Notes: generated by a model not told the origin, from the letters alone. A DNA stretch of 64,000 nt from Hyphomicrobiales bacterium (GCA_965222955.1 OZ244974.1:1536226-1600225), one strand, 5' to 3'. Counted from the stretch's first letter, positions 19,417-29,405 are shown. Translations and numbers: made by a program.

Positions 19417-22400
19417 CTACCAGGTAAAGCGGCCGCCGATCTTGCCGTTGAAACCACGAATGCGCTCGCCAAAGCGAAAGCCCACATCAAAGAACGCCGT
19501 TACCCCCAAGGAGCTGATCTGCCCGCCAAGGCCGACCTCACCGTAGCCGCCGACATAGCTGTCGGAAATCGGCGTATTGATGAGCGTGACTTTCGATTTG
19601 CCGTTGGATTCAAATGTATAGGAGCCGCTGATATAGGCCTTGTAATCCACTTCGTTGATCAGCAGGCCATGATAGCCGCCGCGCGCGCCAACGCTTGCCT
19701 GAAGAGAGATATCGTCGTCGATGGCCACGTGCTGGGTGCCCTTTGAGAAGGCCTGTGTGTCTGTTTGCACCACGGAGATCTCTGCCGACGGTTCAAGGAA
19801 GAAGTCCTTGCCGCTCGGCTTGATGTACAGACCCGTGACGGCGGTCATGCCGAGGGCGAGGATGTCGGACGACTCCTGGCCGTAGTCCGCATCGTATTCG
19901 GCCGTGATCCAGTCCGCCTTGGCGAGCAGTCCCACATAGAGCGGGCCGTGGTAGTAATTTGCATAGGCGCCGGCGTTTTTGCCACTGTATTTGATCTTGG
20001 TTCCGGTGGTTTCCATCTTCAGGGTTGCATGGGCGACACCGGCGGTCACACCGCCGACGAGGGTGCCGCCGCGGGCGTTCTCGTAGACGGCCAGGGCGAT
20101 GCCGCCCTGCACGCCGCTGATTGCCTGATCGGCGTTGATACCGTTCTTTGAATTGTGATCGTAAAAGCCGCCAAAGCCGCTCAGCCAGGCCGCCGAATGG
20201 ATGGGCATGGGGCGGCCATCGTTATAGACGGTGCGGGGCAGGCCGCCCCCCAAGGGATCGCCAAAGCCATCCGATGCATGGCTGCCGAGAAGCACATCGT
20301 CTCCGTAGCGGTGGCCGCGATTGTAGCGATTGAGAACGTCCGGGTCCGACGACCAGGCGTGCCAGGGCAGGCTGGAGGCGCGCCACAATTCCTGGGCTCC
20401 GACGGCGATGATGGGCAATTCCTGCGCCAGGGGGTTTATCTGCCCCTCCAGTATCCATCGCTTGGCGGTACTGCTGGCATCAGGATCGTCTTTTTGCTTC
20501 AGATAGTAGTCGTAGAACCCGTCGCGCAGATACTCCTGCGACATTTTAAAGCTGGTATCACTGCTGCTGCCCTGTTTGTCTTCAACGAGCAGGATGCCGT
20601 TCTTGATGGGAGCAAGGAATTTTGGCACAAAGCGCACATTGATGGTCGTGGTTCCGCTGATCGAGCCGCGCAGAAGCAGCTTGTCGGCGCCACTGCTTGT
20701 TGCGTCCAGCGCCAACGTGCCGCCGCCGTTATAGGCGCCCGATGCCAACTCAAGGCTGTCGCCGAAGGTGCCGTTTTGCATCGTAATCGTACCGCTGCTG
20801 TTGTCGAGCGTCTCAAGGTTTGTAAAGACGGCGTGGTGGGTGCCGTTTGTTTTATGCGGTGTCGCGTCGTCCAGACCCAGCAGCCCGGTGTTGGTGAACG
20901 TATCATCACCCTCGCCGAAATCGCTGACGCCATCGGCAAGAAAACGCCCTGCGTTCATGAACGTATCATTTCCGGCTCCCAGATCAACGCGCCCGACGAT
21001 GGTGCCGGAATTGTCGCTGGCGCCGGCGCCGGCGCCTTCGTTTTTTATCGTGTCGTTGTTATCGCTGCCCTTGATGGCAAGACCGGGCGTATCGGCGCTG
21101 TTAGCGCTTGTGGTCCTGGTAACGCCGGCCCTGATGGTTCCCTTGTTGATGATCTCATTGTCATCGGTACCGCCGTCGAGAACGATGGCGGCGCCGTCCG
21201 TGCCCGAGCCGCCCTGGATGGTACCGGTACCGTTGTCGATCCGGATTTTTCCTCTTGCCCGCACGTGGATCGCGACGCCGCCCTTACCCGTCGCCGAGAT
21301 CGTATTGCCGCCTCCGGTAAGATTGAGGGTGACATCGCCGTTTCGGGAATCGATCTCGATCGCCTTTCCGTCCTCACCGTCGGCTTTCAGGGTGCTTTCA
21401 GTTGCAACAACATTCATGGCGCCCCCGCTGCTCGAGTCGTGCTCCATCTTGAGCGCCGTACCATCGCTGTTATCGGCCTCGACAACCGCCTTGGTTAACG
21501 TGACGGTTGTCGGGCCGTCGGACTTGGTATGAATGCCAATGCCGTTCGCGCCGCTGGCTTTTACCCTGCTGTTCTTTACGTCCACATCGGCTTGCGTTTT
21601 TGCCGTCAGGCCGATGCCGACACCCCTCGTGCCGCTCGCGGAAACTGAGGTGCCTTCGACACTAATGCTGGCTGTCGTCATTGCGTCGGCGCGTAATGCG
21701 ACGCTGTCGGTGCCGCCAACCGTTACGCTAGCGTAGTTTTTTATTTCAACATCGGCATCGGTCGAGTGACCAAAAATACCGTGAGCGGCGCTACCGGATG
21801 TGCTTATGAGACCTGCGCTGCTGCCGTTATGGGTAATTGTTACTTTTTGCCTGGCCTTACCATAGATGCCGTGAGAGTCCTTTGTTGCCGTTATAATTCC
21901 CGTATTTTCTTCTTTTACGATCGTCACAGTGCCGTTCACGGACTCGGCAAAAATGCCGTGGGATTGTTCGCCAGGTGTCCTGGGTGCCCCGGGTGCCCCG
22001 GGAGTTCCAGTTGTCGCCTGGCCCGTCCAGATTAAGCTGCCTACGCCTTCAAGAGTCACATTTACCGCTCCATCCGCATAGGCGCGAAGCGCGTGCGCTT
22101 CTCCGCCTCTGGTTACTATGTTGCCGGAGAATGTCAGTGTGGCGGTCGCGCCCGTGCCGGGCGCGGATACGCGCACGCCGTAACCGTGGTCAATGCCCGT
22201 GGAATCGGTTTCGGTTGTTATCGTATAATTGTCGGTGCGGACGGTCAGGTCGAGCGAACTCGCTAGGTGTTTCAGATCAACGCCGGGCGTTCCCGCAGGC
22301 GGCTGGATATTGCCCTGAAATGCATCGACGATGAGCGTCGCTACGCCATTGGTTACATTAACGCCGTCATTGCATCTTGTTTGTGTTTGGCCATTGACAT

Positions 22401-22587
22401 TGCAAGCGACGTCCGGCGCCGGCGCCGGCCCCGGCGCTTGCCCGTGACCCGGCACGGACGCCAGCGCAAGGACAAGGGCGATGAAGGCGGGGACAAGGCC
22501 GTGTTTCAGGCATTTGTCGACATAAAAACCGAGCGGCGCCATGACGCTGGCGCGTTTGTTCGGGCGCGTGACTGTTTGTTCTATCAC
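19417..22587 (-). CDS. Autotransporter (type Va) with repetitive passenger and C-terminal beta-barrel
   Basis: The protein is 1056 aa with an N-terminal signal-like region. The passenger is rich in G/T/S/N/D repeats. The C-terminus ...GFRFGERIRGFNGKIGGRFTW ends in an aromatic residue, typical of outer-membrane barrels. Confidence 0.8.
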   Translation of the reverse strand: MIEQTVTRPNKRASVMAPLGFYVDKCLKHGLVPAFIALVLALASVPGHGQAPGPAPAPDVACNVNGQTQTRCNDGVNVTNGVATLIVDAFQGNIQPPAGTPGVDLKHLASSLDLTVRTDNYTITTETDSTGIDHGYGVRVSAPGTGATATLTFSGNIVTRGGEAHALRAYADGAVNVTLEGVGSLIWTGQATTGTPGAPGAPRTPGEQSHGIFAESVNGTVTIVKEENTGIITATKDSHGIYGKARQKVTITHNGSSAGLISTSGSAAHGIFGHSTDADVEIKNYASVTVGGTDSVALRADAMTTASISVEGTSVSASGTRGVGIGLTAKTQADVDVKNSRVKASGANGIGIHTKSDGPTTVTLTKAVVEADNSDGTALKMEHDSSSGGAMNVVATESTLKADGEDGKAIEIDSRNGDVTLNLTGGGNTISATGKGGVAIHVRARGKIRIDNGTGTIQGGSGTDGAAIVLDGGTDDNEIINKGTIRAGVTRTTSANSADTPGLAIKGSDNNDTIKNEGAGAGASDNSGTIVGRVDLGAGNDTFMNAGRFLADGVSDFGEGDDTFTNTGLLGLDDATPHKTNGTHHAVFTNLETLDNSSGTITMQNGTFGDSLELASGAYNGGGTLALDATSSGADKLLLRGSISGTTTINVRFVPKFLAPIKNGILLVEDKQGSSSDTSFKMSQEYLRDGFYDYYLKQKDDPDASSTAKRWILEGQINPLAQELPIIAVGAQELWRASSLPWHAWSSDPDVLNRYNRGHRYGDDVLLGSHASDGFGDPLGGGLPRTVYNDGRPMPIHSAAWLSGFGGFYDHNSKNGINADQAISGVQGGIALAVYENARGGTLVGGVTAGVAHATLKMETTGTKIKYSGKNAGAYANYYHGPLYVGLLAKADWITAEYDADYGQESSDILALGMTAVTGLYIKPSGKDFFLEPSAEISVVQTDTQAFSKGTQHVAIDDDISLQASVGARGGYHGLLINEVDYKAYISGSYTFESNGKSKVTLINTPISDSYVGGYGEVGLGGQISSLGVTAFFDVGFRFGERIRGFNGKIGGRFTW

Positions 22588-23090
22588 CTTATTGCTCCGT
22601 TAACCGGCTCTACTCGCTTCGATACGCGCCGATAAGGTGTACTGTCTTGACAAGATACATCCTTGACGCAAATGATGGATCACGGGCGAAGCGCTGGGGA
22701 CACGGCGCGTCCTTGAAACAGGGCGCCGGCCGGCCGATGCACGATTGCCGGCACCAGGGATACGGCTTAACTGATGAACGACGTACACACAGCGCTTTAC
22801 TAAAAAAGAACCATGTGACTTAAGTATTGATTAACGATAAAATTTCTCTTAATAAAAATTAATTCCAATGCATTGGCGCACTATGACATTCAAATAATTA
22901 TAACTTGTCTTAAATTGGCATATACATGCATTATTTACTTTAACAATTTCGTAATATATTTTTATTTTTGGTTAAGAAGCAGCACGCAATGAAGTCCGCG
23001 AATGTACTTGGCGACTTTGGCGCTTTCCGTTACAATCGCGCTCGACAATATCTGCCAGTCGCACCGCCAATCACACCGGTTATCTCGTGT

Positions 23091-23339
23091 ATGCCCATAG
23101 CCCTTCCCGAGCACATCGAGCGTGAGAAAGAACTGGAAACGCCCTGCCAGCGCATTTGCGTGCTTGATGAGACGAGCGGCCTGTGTATTGGTTGCGGGCG
23201 AACCCGCGATGAGGTCAGCCATTGGCCTGACTATACACCCCATGAACGGCGCGTTATCATGGCCGGGCTGGCGGCGCGTCTGGGCCAAATGAAGGCCGCA
23301 CGAAAAAAAGCCGCCCGTAAAAGGCGGCGCCGGAAATAA
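23091..23339 (+). CDS. DUF1289-like small Cys-rich protein
   Basis: It contains ETPCQRICVLDETSGLCIGCGRTRDEVSHWPDYTPHERRVIMAGL. The ORF track begins at 22968, in an AT-rich region, but Met42 (23091) is more plausible as the start. Confidence 0.55.
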   Translation: MPIALPEHIEREKELETPCQRICVLDETSGLCIGCGRTRDEVSHWPDYTPHERRVIMAGLAARLGQMKAARKKAARKRRRRK

Positions 23340-23360
23340 TTAGATGGGAAAAAGTCCCCA

Positions 23361-23736
23361 GAGCGTGTCAGGTCTTATACCAGCGGTATTGGCGTTTTGT
23401 ACGCGTTGACTTGTGTATCGTGCTGATAAGACAACGGTTTTAAACCGGGCCAGGAGTCAAACGCAAAGCCCCTTGGTATTAATAGAATTAATTTTCGTTT
23501 CTCGATTGGCGAGGCGGACCACGCCCAAGGCGATCGAAGAGCGATGTTTACCCATCTCTCGAGAGCGGCCTGGGCGTGGACGTCCGCCAATCGGAATCCC
23601 GAAGGGACGGGCGCTTTTGCACCAATATGGGCCTTAAGTCTCTTGAAAATAGCCCCACTATATCCTGCGAGACCTAAGGCCCATCTTGTCGCAAAATCGC
23701 TCCGTCAGAATGGTTCTATTAAAACCTGACACGCTC
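23361..23736 (+). mobile_element. Family A MITE (copy 3) carrying a nested B element, itself inserted in an F element
   Basis: The junctions read ggtcTTA|taccagcgg...ccttggta|TTAatagaa, so TTA is duplicated. The F halves (gggaaaaagtcccca / ggcttcgcctcgatccactttttccc) flank the A copy. Confidence 0.8.
23378..23478. mobile_element. Family B MITE nested in A3
   Basis: It is a 101-bp B unit with a TTA duplication of the A sequence on both sides. Confidence 0.8.
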
Positions 23737-23824
23737 TAGGCTTCGCCTCGATCCACTTTTTCCCAACAATACCAGCGGTATTAGCGTTTTGTACACGCTC
23801 AACGAAATAAACTCCGATACCCCG

Positions 23825-24463
23825 TCACGCGCCGTTCTCGCGCCAGTTCCTGTCGGCATGGGTGCCATCGCAATAGGGCTTGTTGGCTGATAACCCGCAG
23901 CGGCACAGAACATATTTGTGTTTCGTGGAGCCCTCAAAAGTCCGCCCGCCAACAAGATCCACATTGCTCACGCGATAAGGGCCGTTCTCTTCAATAACGA
24001 TCCTGCAATCGCGCGGTTCGATCTGTTGCGCCTCGCCCCCTTTGCGCGACAGGCGCAGCGCTCCGGACGGGCACGCCGCCACAACCGCCTCAATCGCCTC
24101 CGCGGACGCCGCATCCGGATCAACCCAGGGCTGCCTTGAGGGATCGAACACCGCCTTCAGGCGCTTGCCGCATTCGCCGGCATGGGAACACAACAGCTTG
24201 TTATAATAAACGGTCGTGTCCTTGCCGGCATAAGAATAGACCCGGTCGCGCCCCGATACATCCGCGGGCTTGCTGGAAAATCCCGTGTCATTGTGAGAGC
24301 CATCGCAAAACGGCTTGTCTTGTGATTTGCCGCAGCGGCACAATGCCATGACCGGCTTGATCTCAAGCGCGGTACCGTCCTGACGCTCCAGCCGGGGGAC
24401 GTTCTTTACCACAAGCGGGCCGTCCTCGCGCTCCTCAATGGTGATTTGCGTATTCTCTGCCAT
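23825..24463 (-). CDS. CDGSH iron-sulfur domain protein (two CDGSH motifs flanking a Cys-rich middle domain)
   Basis: I trimmed the start to MAENTQITIEE (ATG at 24463, GGAGGAAG upstream). It contains CRCGKSQDKPFCDGSH and CRCGLSANKPYCDGTH. Confidence 0.75.
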   Translation of the reverse strand: MAENTQITIEEREDGPLVVKNVPRLERQDGTALEIKPVMALCRCGKSQDKPFCDGSHNDTGFSSKPADVSGRDRVYSYAGKDTTVYYNKLLCSHAGECGKRLKAVFDPSRQPWVDPDAASAEAIEAVVAACPSGALRLSRKGGEAQQIEPRDCRIVIEENGPYRVSNVDLVGGRTFEGSTKHKYVLCRCGLSANKPYCDGTHADRNWRENGA

Positions 24464-24590
24464 GACCGCTTCCTCCTTGCCAATAAGTAACAGGCCCTGA
24501 AACAACCCCTGCCGACGCTCTAGCGGATTATCCGGCAAACATCAATACGGGTCCGCCGCGCACCGCCGGCAATCACGGTGCCGATGATTT

Positions 24591-26039
24591 TCACGACCGC
24601 CAGAAACTGGGCAGAAACAACACCAGCACCGTAAACACCTCCAGGCGGCCAATGAGCATACCGGCCGTCAATATCCACTTTGCAGTATCGGAAAGGGCAT
24701 GAAATGTGCCGGCCGGGCCTATGATCTCGCCCAGACCGGGCCCCACATTGCAGATCGCCGTCGCCGCGCCCGAGACGGCAGTAAGCGGATCCAGTCCGGT
24801 CAACGCCAAAAGCACCGCCAGCACACCAAATATGACCATGTACAAAAAGAAAAAATTCATCACCGAAACCGATACACTCTCCTCCATGGCACGGCCGTTA
24901 AAGCGTTTGACAAACACCCCGCTGGGATAAACCAGTTGGTTGATGTGCTGGCGGATGTTCTCAAACAATACCTGATAGCGAAATATCTTTATGCTGCAGG
25001 CGGTCGAGCCGGCGCAGCCGCCGATAAACATCAGAATCAAAAACAGACCGACGGCAAACGGTCCCCATGTGTTGTAGTCAGCGGTCGCATAGCCGGTTCC
25101 GGTCAGAATAGACGTGACGTTAAAGGCGGCAAAGCGAAGGGCGGCACCGCCATCATAGGTGCCGCTAAAGAGTACATAAATCCACATGATGAAAATCAGC
25201 ACGGCGAGAACGATAAAAAACATGCGCACCTGCCCGTCGCGCCACAACTCGCCGGCACGCCCCTGCACCGCCTTGTAGTACAGAATGAATGGCAGACTGC
25301 CGATGATCATGAAGATAATCGCCACCGTATCGATGGCGGCGCTGTCAAAACTGCCGATCGAGGCGTTGCGCGACGAAAATCCGCCGGTCGCCACCGTCGT
25401 CATGGCGTGATAGACGGCTTCGTCAAACGTCATGCCGGCAACAATATAGGCGATGCAAGCGGCCAGGGTGGCGATCAGATAGACCGAAATGATGGCCCCC
25501 GAGATCTGCGTCGCCCGTGGCAGGATTTTATCGGCCGTATCAAAGGCCTCCGCCTTGAACAATTGCATGCCACCGATCTGTAGCATCGGCAGGACGGCAA
25601 CGGCCATGACAATAATCCCCAGTCCCCCCAGCCATTGCAGCATCGATCGCCACAGCAGAACGCCCGGCGAAGCGTCGTTCAGATTGTCAATGACGGTCGC
25701 GCCGGTCGTTGTCAGTCCCGACATGGACTCAAAAAATGCATCCGTATAGCTTAAGTCGATCGATGACCAGTACAACGGCATCGCGCCAAACGCCACGCCG
25801 ACAATCCAGACCAATACGGTCATGATAAACGCCTGACGCAGGCTCAAGCCGGTCTGCGCGCCGCGCGCCGAAAGCCACAGGCTCAATCCGATAAGCGTTG
25901 TTACGGCGCAGGCCAGGGCGAACACGCGCCATTCCGCATTGCCGCCCGCCAGATCGACAAGCGCCGGCACGATCATCGCCGCACCGATCACGGTAACGAT
26001 CGCTCCCAGTACAAGCATGATGGGCCGAAGCAATATCAT
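24591..26039 (-). CDS. trkH: Trk-type potassium uptake protein TrkH
   Basis: I trimmed the start to MILLRPIMLVLGAIV (ATG at 26039). The 50 upstream codons in the ORF track lie within a C element. The pattern is polytopic and TrkH-like (…TTGATV…, …TGTGYAT…). Confidence 0.8.
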   Translation of the reverse strand: MILLRPIMLVLGAIVTVIGAAMIVPALVDLAGGNAEWRVFALACAVTTLIGLSLWLSARGAQTGLSLRQAFIMTVLVWIVGVAFGAMPLYWSSIDLSYTDAFFESMSGLTTTGATVIDNLNDASPGVLLWRSMLQWLGGLGIIVMAVAVLPMLQIGGMQLFKAEAFDTADKILPRATQISGAIISVYLIATLAACIAYIVAGMTFDEAVYHAMTTVATGGFSSRNASIGSFDSAAIDTVAIIFMIIGSLPFILYYKAVQGRAGELWRDGQVRMFFIVLAVLIFIMWIYVLFSGTYDGGAALRFAAFNVTSILTGTGYATADYNTWGPFAVGLFLILMFIGGCAGSTACSIKIFRYQVLFENIRQHINQLVYPSGVFVKRFNGRAMEESVSVSVMNFFFLYMVIFGVLAVLLALTGLDPLTAVSGAATAICNVGPGLGEIIGPAGTFHALSDTAKWILTAGMLIGRLEVFTVLVLFLPSFWRS

Positions 26040-26080
26040 GGATGGGCGATCAGAGTATTCATGAGCCGGCAACCTGCTGG

Positions 26081-26206
26081 ATGTGTCATTTCGATAGGTT
26101 GTTTTCGAAAAACCCATCGGGTTCTGCTGGCCATCCTGGCGGCAGGGGCGTAAGAGATGTATCCTCAGGTTTGTTAGTCCCGGGAACAACCCGCTGAAAA
26201 ATTACA
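26081..26206. mobile_element. Family C MITE, 41 nt upstream of the trkH start
   Basis: The ends are atgtgtcatttcgataggttgttttcgaaaaaccc... and ...cccgggaacaacccgctgaaaaattaca. Confidence 0.65.
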
Positions 26207-26234
26207 ACCAGGGCATGGTATCAAATATGACCAA

Positions 26235-26505
26235 GAGCGTGTCAGGTCTTAATAGAATCAATTCTGTTTCCCGATTGGCGAGGCGAACCACGCCCAAGGC
26301 GATCGAAGAGCGATGTTTATCCATCTCTCGAGAGCGGCTTGGGCGTGGACGTCCGCCAATCGGAAACCCGAAGGGACGGGCGCTTTTGCACCAATATGGA
26401 CCTTAAGTCTCTTGAAAATAGTCCCACTATATCCTGCGAGACTTAAGGCCCATCTTGTCACAAAATCGCTCCGTCAGAATGGTTCTATTAAGACCTGACA
26501 CGCTC
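26235..26505 (+). mobile_element. Family A MITE (copy 4)
   Basis: It is 271 bp with both TIRs intact. Its right end supplies the last codons and the stop of metZ. Confidence 0.85.
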
Positions 26506-27681
26506 TAGAGCCGTCGAGAGATCGTCGCACAGATCGTCCACATGCTCCAGGCCGACCGAAAGGCGTACCATGGCGTCGGTAATGCCCTGTTCGGCGCGCT
26601 GTTGCGGGCCAAGCCGCTGGTGGGTTGTCGTCGCGGGATGGGTGACAAGGCTTTTCGCATCGCCAAGATTATTGGAAATACGGACAATCTCCAGGGCATT
26701 GAGAAAACGAAAACATGCCGCGCGATCGCCCTTGACATCGAATGTCACCAGGGTTCCGCCGTGGTGCATTTGCCTGGCGACGATATTGCTCTGGGGATGG
26801 TCCGCGCGGGTAGGGTACCAGACCCGGCGCACCGCTTCATGCGCGGCGAGAAAATCCGCCAGCCTGGACGCGGTGCGCTCCTGGCGGGCGACACGCACCG
26901 CCAGCGTCTCAAGACCCTTTAGCATCACCCATGCATTGAAGGGGCTCATGCAGGGGCCCGTCTGGCGCAGAAAATCATGGACATATTCATCGATATACGC
27001 CTTGCTCGCCAACAGAACCCCTCCCAGACAACGTCCCTGTCCGTCGATATGTTTGGTCGTCGAGTAGATGACCACATCGGCGCCAAGGGCCAGGGGCTGC
27101 TGTCCCAGGGGAGTGGCGAAGACGTTATCGACAATCAGCACCGCGCCATGTGCCCGGGCGATCTGCGCCACGGCGGCGATATCGATCACATCAAGACGCG
27201 GATTGGTCGGCGATTCGAGAAAACAAACGCGGGTCTGCGGTCGCATGGCCGCCTCCCAGGCGCCCGGATCGCATCCGTCGATAAGCGTGTAGTCGATACC
27301 GAAACGCGGCGCCAGGTCCTCAATGATGTAGCGGCACGAGGCAAACAGCGCCCGCGGCGCAACGATGTGATCGCCGGCGCTGGCGCGCGAAAGGATGGCG
27401 GCAGTGACCGCTGCCATGCCCGAGGCGGTCGCGCGTGCGTCCTCAGCCCCTTCCAGGGCGGCCATGCGCTGCTCGAACATCGCGACGGTTGGATTGGAGA
27501 AACGCGAATAGATAAAGCCGTCGCTCTCGCCCTTAAAGCGCGCCTCGGCCTGTTCCGCCGTCTCATACACAAAGCCCTGGGTCAGGAACAGGCTTTCGCT
27601 GTTTTCGTTGAATGCACTGCGCAGCACCCCTGCATGAACGAGCGTCGTATCCGCATGCCAGTCTGTCTTTGTCTTGACCAT
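26488..27681 (-). CDS. metZ: O-succinylhomoserine sulfhydrylase (Cys/Met PLP family)
   Basis: I trimmed the start to MVKTKTDWHADTTLVHAGVLRSAFNENSESLFLTQGFVY...FIYSRFSNPTV. The C-terminus ...STALERVRS* reads into MITE A4. Confidence 0.8.
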   Translation of the reverse strand: MVKTKTDWHADTTLVHAGVLRSAFNENSESLFLTQGFVYETAEQAEARFKGESDGFIYSRFSNPTVAMFEQRMAALEGAEDARATASGMAAVTAAILSRASAGDHIVAPRALFASCRYIIEDLAPRFGIDYTLIDGCDPGAWEAAMRPQTRVCFLESPTNPRLDVIDIAAVAQIARAHGAVLIVDNVFATPLGQQPLALGADVVIYSTTKHIDGQGRCLGGVLLASKAYIDEYVHDFLRQTGPCMSPFNAWVMLKGLETLAVRVARQERTASRLADFLAAHEAVRRVWYPTRADHPQSNIVARQMHHGGTLVTFDVKGDRAACFRFLNALEIVRISNNLGDAKSLVTHPATTTHQRLGPQQRAEQGITDAMVRLSVGLEHVDDLCDDLSTALERVRS

Positions 27682-27700
27682 TGTTGCTTTCCCGGCCAGT

Positions 27701-27765
27701 TGTGATCTTTCTGCAGGTTGTTCTCGAAAAACCCATCGGGTGCCGCTGGCCATTCATCTGATCAT
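27701..27765. repeat. Family C half-element, 19 nt upstream of the metZ start
   Basis: The sequence is tgtgatctttctgcaggttgttctcgaaaaacccatcgggtgccgctggccattcatctgatcat. It is cut off by MITE A5 at a TA. Confidence 0.6.
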
Positions 27766-27767
27766 TA

Positions 27768-27940
27768 GAGCGTGTCAGGTCTTAATAGAAGCAATTTTCG
27801 TTTCCCGATTGGCGAGGCGACACCGAAGCTCAAGGCGATCGAAGAGCGATGGCGACCCATCTCTCGAGAGCGGCCTGGGTGTGGGTATCGCCTCGCCAAT
27901 CGGGAAACGAAAATTGCTTCACTTAAAAACTGAAAGGCTC
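27768..27940. mobile_element. Family A short variant (173 bp, symmetric arms, variant right end)
   Basis: The ends are gagcgtgtcaggtcttaatagaagcaattttcgtttcccgattggcgaggcg... and ...cgcctcgccaatcgggaaacgaaaattgcttcacttaaaaactgaaaggctc. Confidence 0.75.
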
Positions 27941-28158
27941 TAGCAAGTTGTTTTACGTGGCTGCAAGCCGGCCGGCTCAAATGACCACAAGGGGCGCCAT
28001 ACGCCAATAGTTACAGCATCGGAGTTGTGAGTTTATATAATCGCGGTGTTGGCGTCAATCGCCAGATCGTTTAAGCAGATACGGTCGCCTGCGCAGTCAG
28101 ATCGACCGCCGGGTGCCCTGGCGACAGAAAACGCCCCAGATACGGAACAGGTACAACG

Positions 28159-29265
28159 ATGCATTCACCCCGGGGTATCCTACCCTCCCAGACCCTTCGC
28201 GAACTGGTCGAAAAAGGTGCGATACGGGCCGCCGCGGCGCTGGACGATGATCAGATACAACCGGCCAGTCTGGACTTGCGGCTGGGCGATACGGCGTATC
28301 GCGTCCGCGCCAGCTTTTTGCCGGGCCCGGATACGCCCGTTCGCACCCGTCTTGCGGATTTGACCCTGCACCAGATGGATCTGAGGGATGGTGCGGTTCT
28401 GGAGACCGGATGCGTCTATATCGTGCCGCTGCAGGAGGCGTTGGACTTGCCCCGTGATCTGGCCGGCGTGGCCAATCCCAAGAGCTCCACCGGGCGTGTG
28501 GACGTCTTTACCCGGGTGATTACCGATGGCAGCCGTGCATTCGACAAAATCGTCAGCGGATACGCCGGGCCCCTCTATCTGGAAATCAGCCCGCGGACAT
28601 TTTCCATACTGGTGCGCAACGGAACGCGGCTGTCGCAATTGCGCCTGCGGCACGGCTCGGAGGTCCTCGACGATGAGGCCTTGCGCGCGTTACACGATGC
28701 CCAGGGCCTGACCGGTGCGCATGCGCCGGTTATCGCCGATGGCCTCTGCGTTGGTGTCGATTTGCGCGGTCGCGGCGAGGACCGTCTTGTCGGTTACCGT
28801 GCCAGACGCCATACAGGACTGATCGACATGGACCGGCGGCATGCCCACACGATCGATGCGTTTTGGGAGCCGGTTTATCGTCAGGCGCTGGCGCATGGTA
28901 GCGATAGGGGGGCGTTTATTCTGGATCCCAACGAGTTCTATATACTGGTATCGGCACAAGCGGTTCAGGTGCCGCCGGATTATGCCGCCGAAATGGTACC
29001 GTTCGATCCGCTTGTGGGCGAGTTTCGCGTTCACTATGCGGGATTTTTTGATCCCGGTTTTGGTCATGGGGCGACGGGTGGCACGGGCAGTCGAGCGGTT
29101 TTGGAGGTGCGTAGCCATGAAGTGCCTTTTATTCTCGAACACGGCCAGATTGTCGGGCGTCTGGTGTACGAGCGCTTGACGGCGCGCCCGCAGACACTCT
29201 ATGGTTCGCATATGGGTTCGCACTACCAGGCGCAGGGGCTGAAACTGTCAAAACACTTCTGCTGA
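28159..29265 (+). CDS. dcd: 2'-deoxycytidine 5'-triphosphate deaminase (long form)
   Basis: The protein is 368 aa with MHSPRGILPSQTLRELVEKGAIRAAAALDDDQIQPASLDLRLGDTAYRVRASFLPG. Confidence 0.75.
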   Translation: MHSPRGILPSQTLRELVEKGAIRAAAALDDDQIQPASLDLRLGDTAYRVRASFLPGPDTPVRTRLADLTLHQMDLRDGAVLETGCVYIVPLQEALDLPRDLAGVANPKSSTGRVDVFTRVITDGSRAFDKIVSGYAGPLYLEISPRTFSILVRNGTRLSQLRLRHGSEVLDDEALRALHDAQGLTGAHAPVIADGLCVGVDLRGRGEDRLVGYRARRHTGLIDMDRRHAHTIDAFWEPVYRQALAHGSDRGAFILDPNEFYILVSAQAVQVPPDYAAEMVPFDPLVGEFRVHYAGFFDPGFGHGATGGTGSRAVLEVRSHEVPFILEHGQIVGRLVYERLTARPQTLYGSHMGSHYQAQGLKLSKHFC

Positions 29266-29330
29266 TATACAGGAACGTGCCCAACAGCAAGCGGGACACA
29301 AATGTCAAATGCGTCCCACTGGCATGCGAT

Positions 29331-29405
29331 GCGGGTGTAGCTCAGTGGTAGAGCAGTAGCTTCCCAAGCTACGTGTCGAGGGTTCGATTCCCTTCACCCG
29401 CTCCA
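29331..29405 (+). tRNA. tRNA-Gly (anticodon CCC)
   Basis: I folded the cloverleaf by hand. The parts are acceptor GCGGGTG/CACCCGC, D arm GCTC-AGTGGTA-GAGC, anticodon arm GTAGC-TTCCCAA-GCTAC and T arm GAGGG-TTCGATT-CCCTT. CCA is encoded. Confidence 0.93.
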
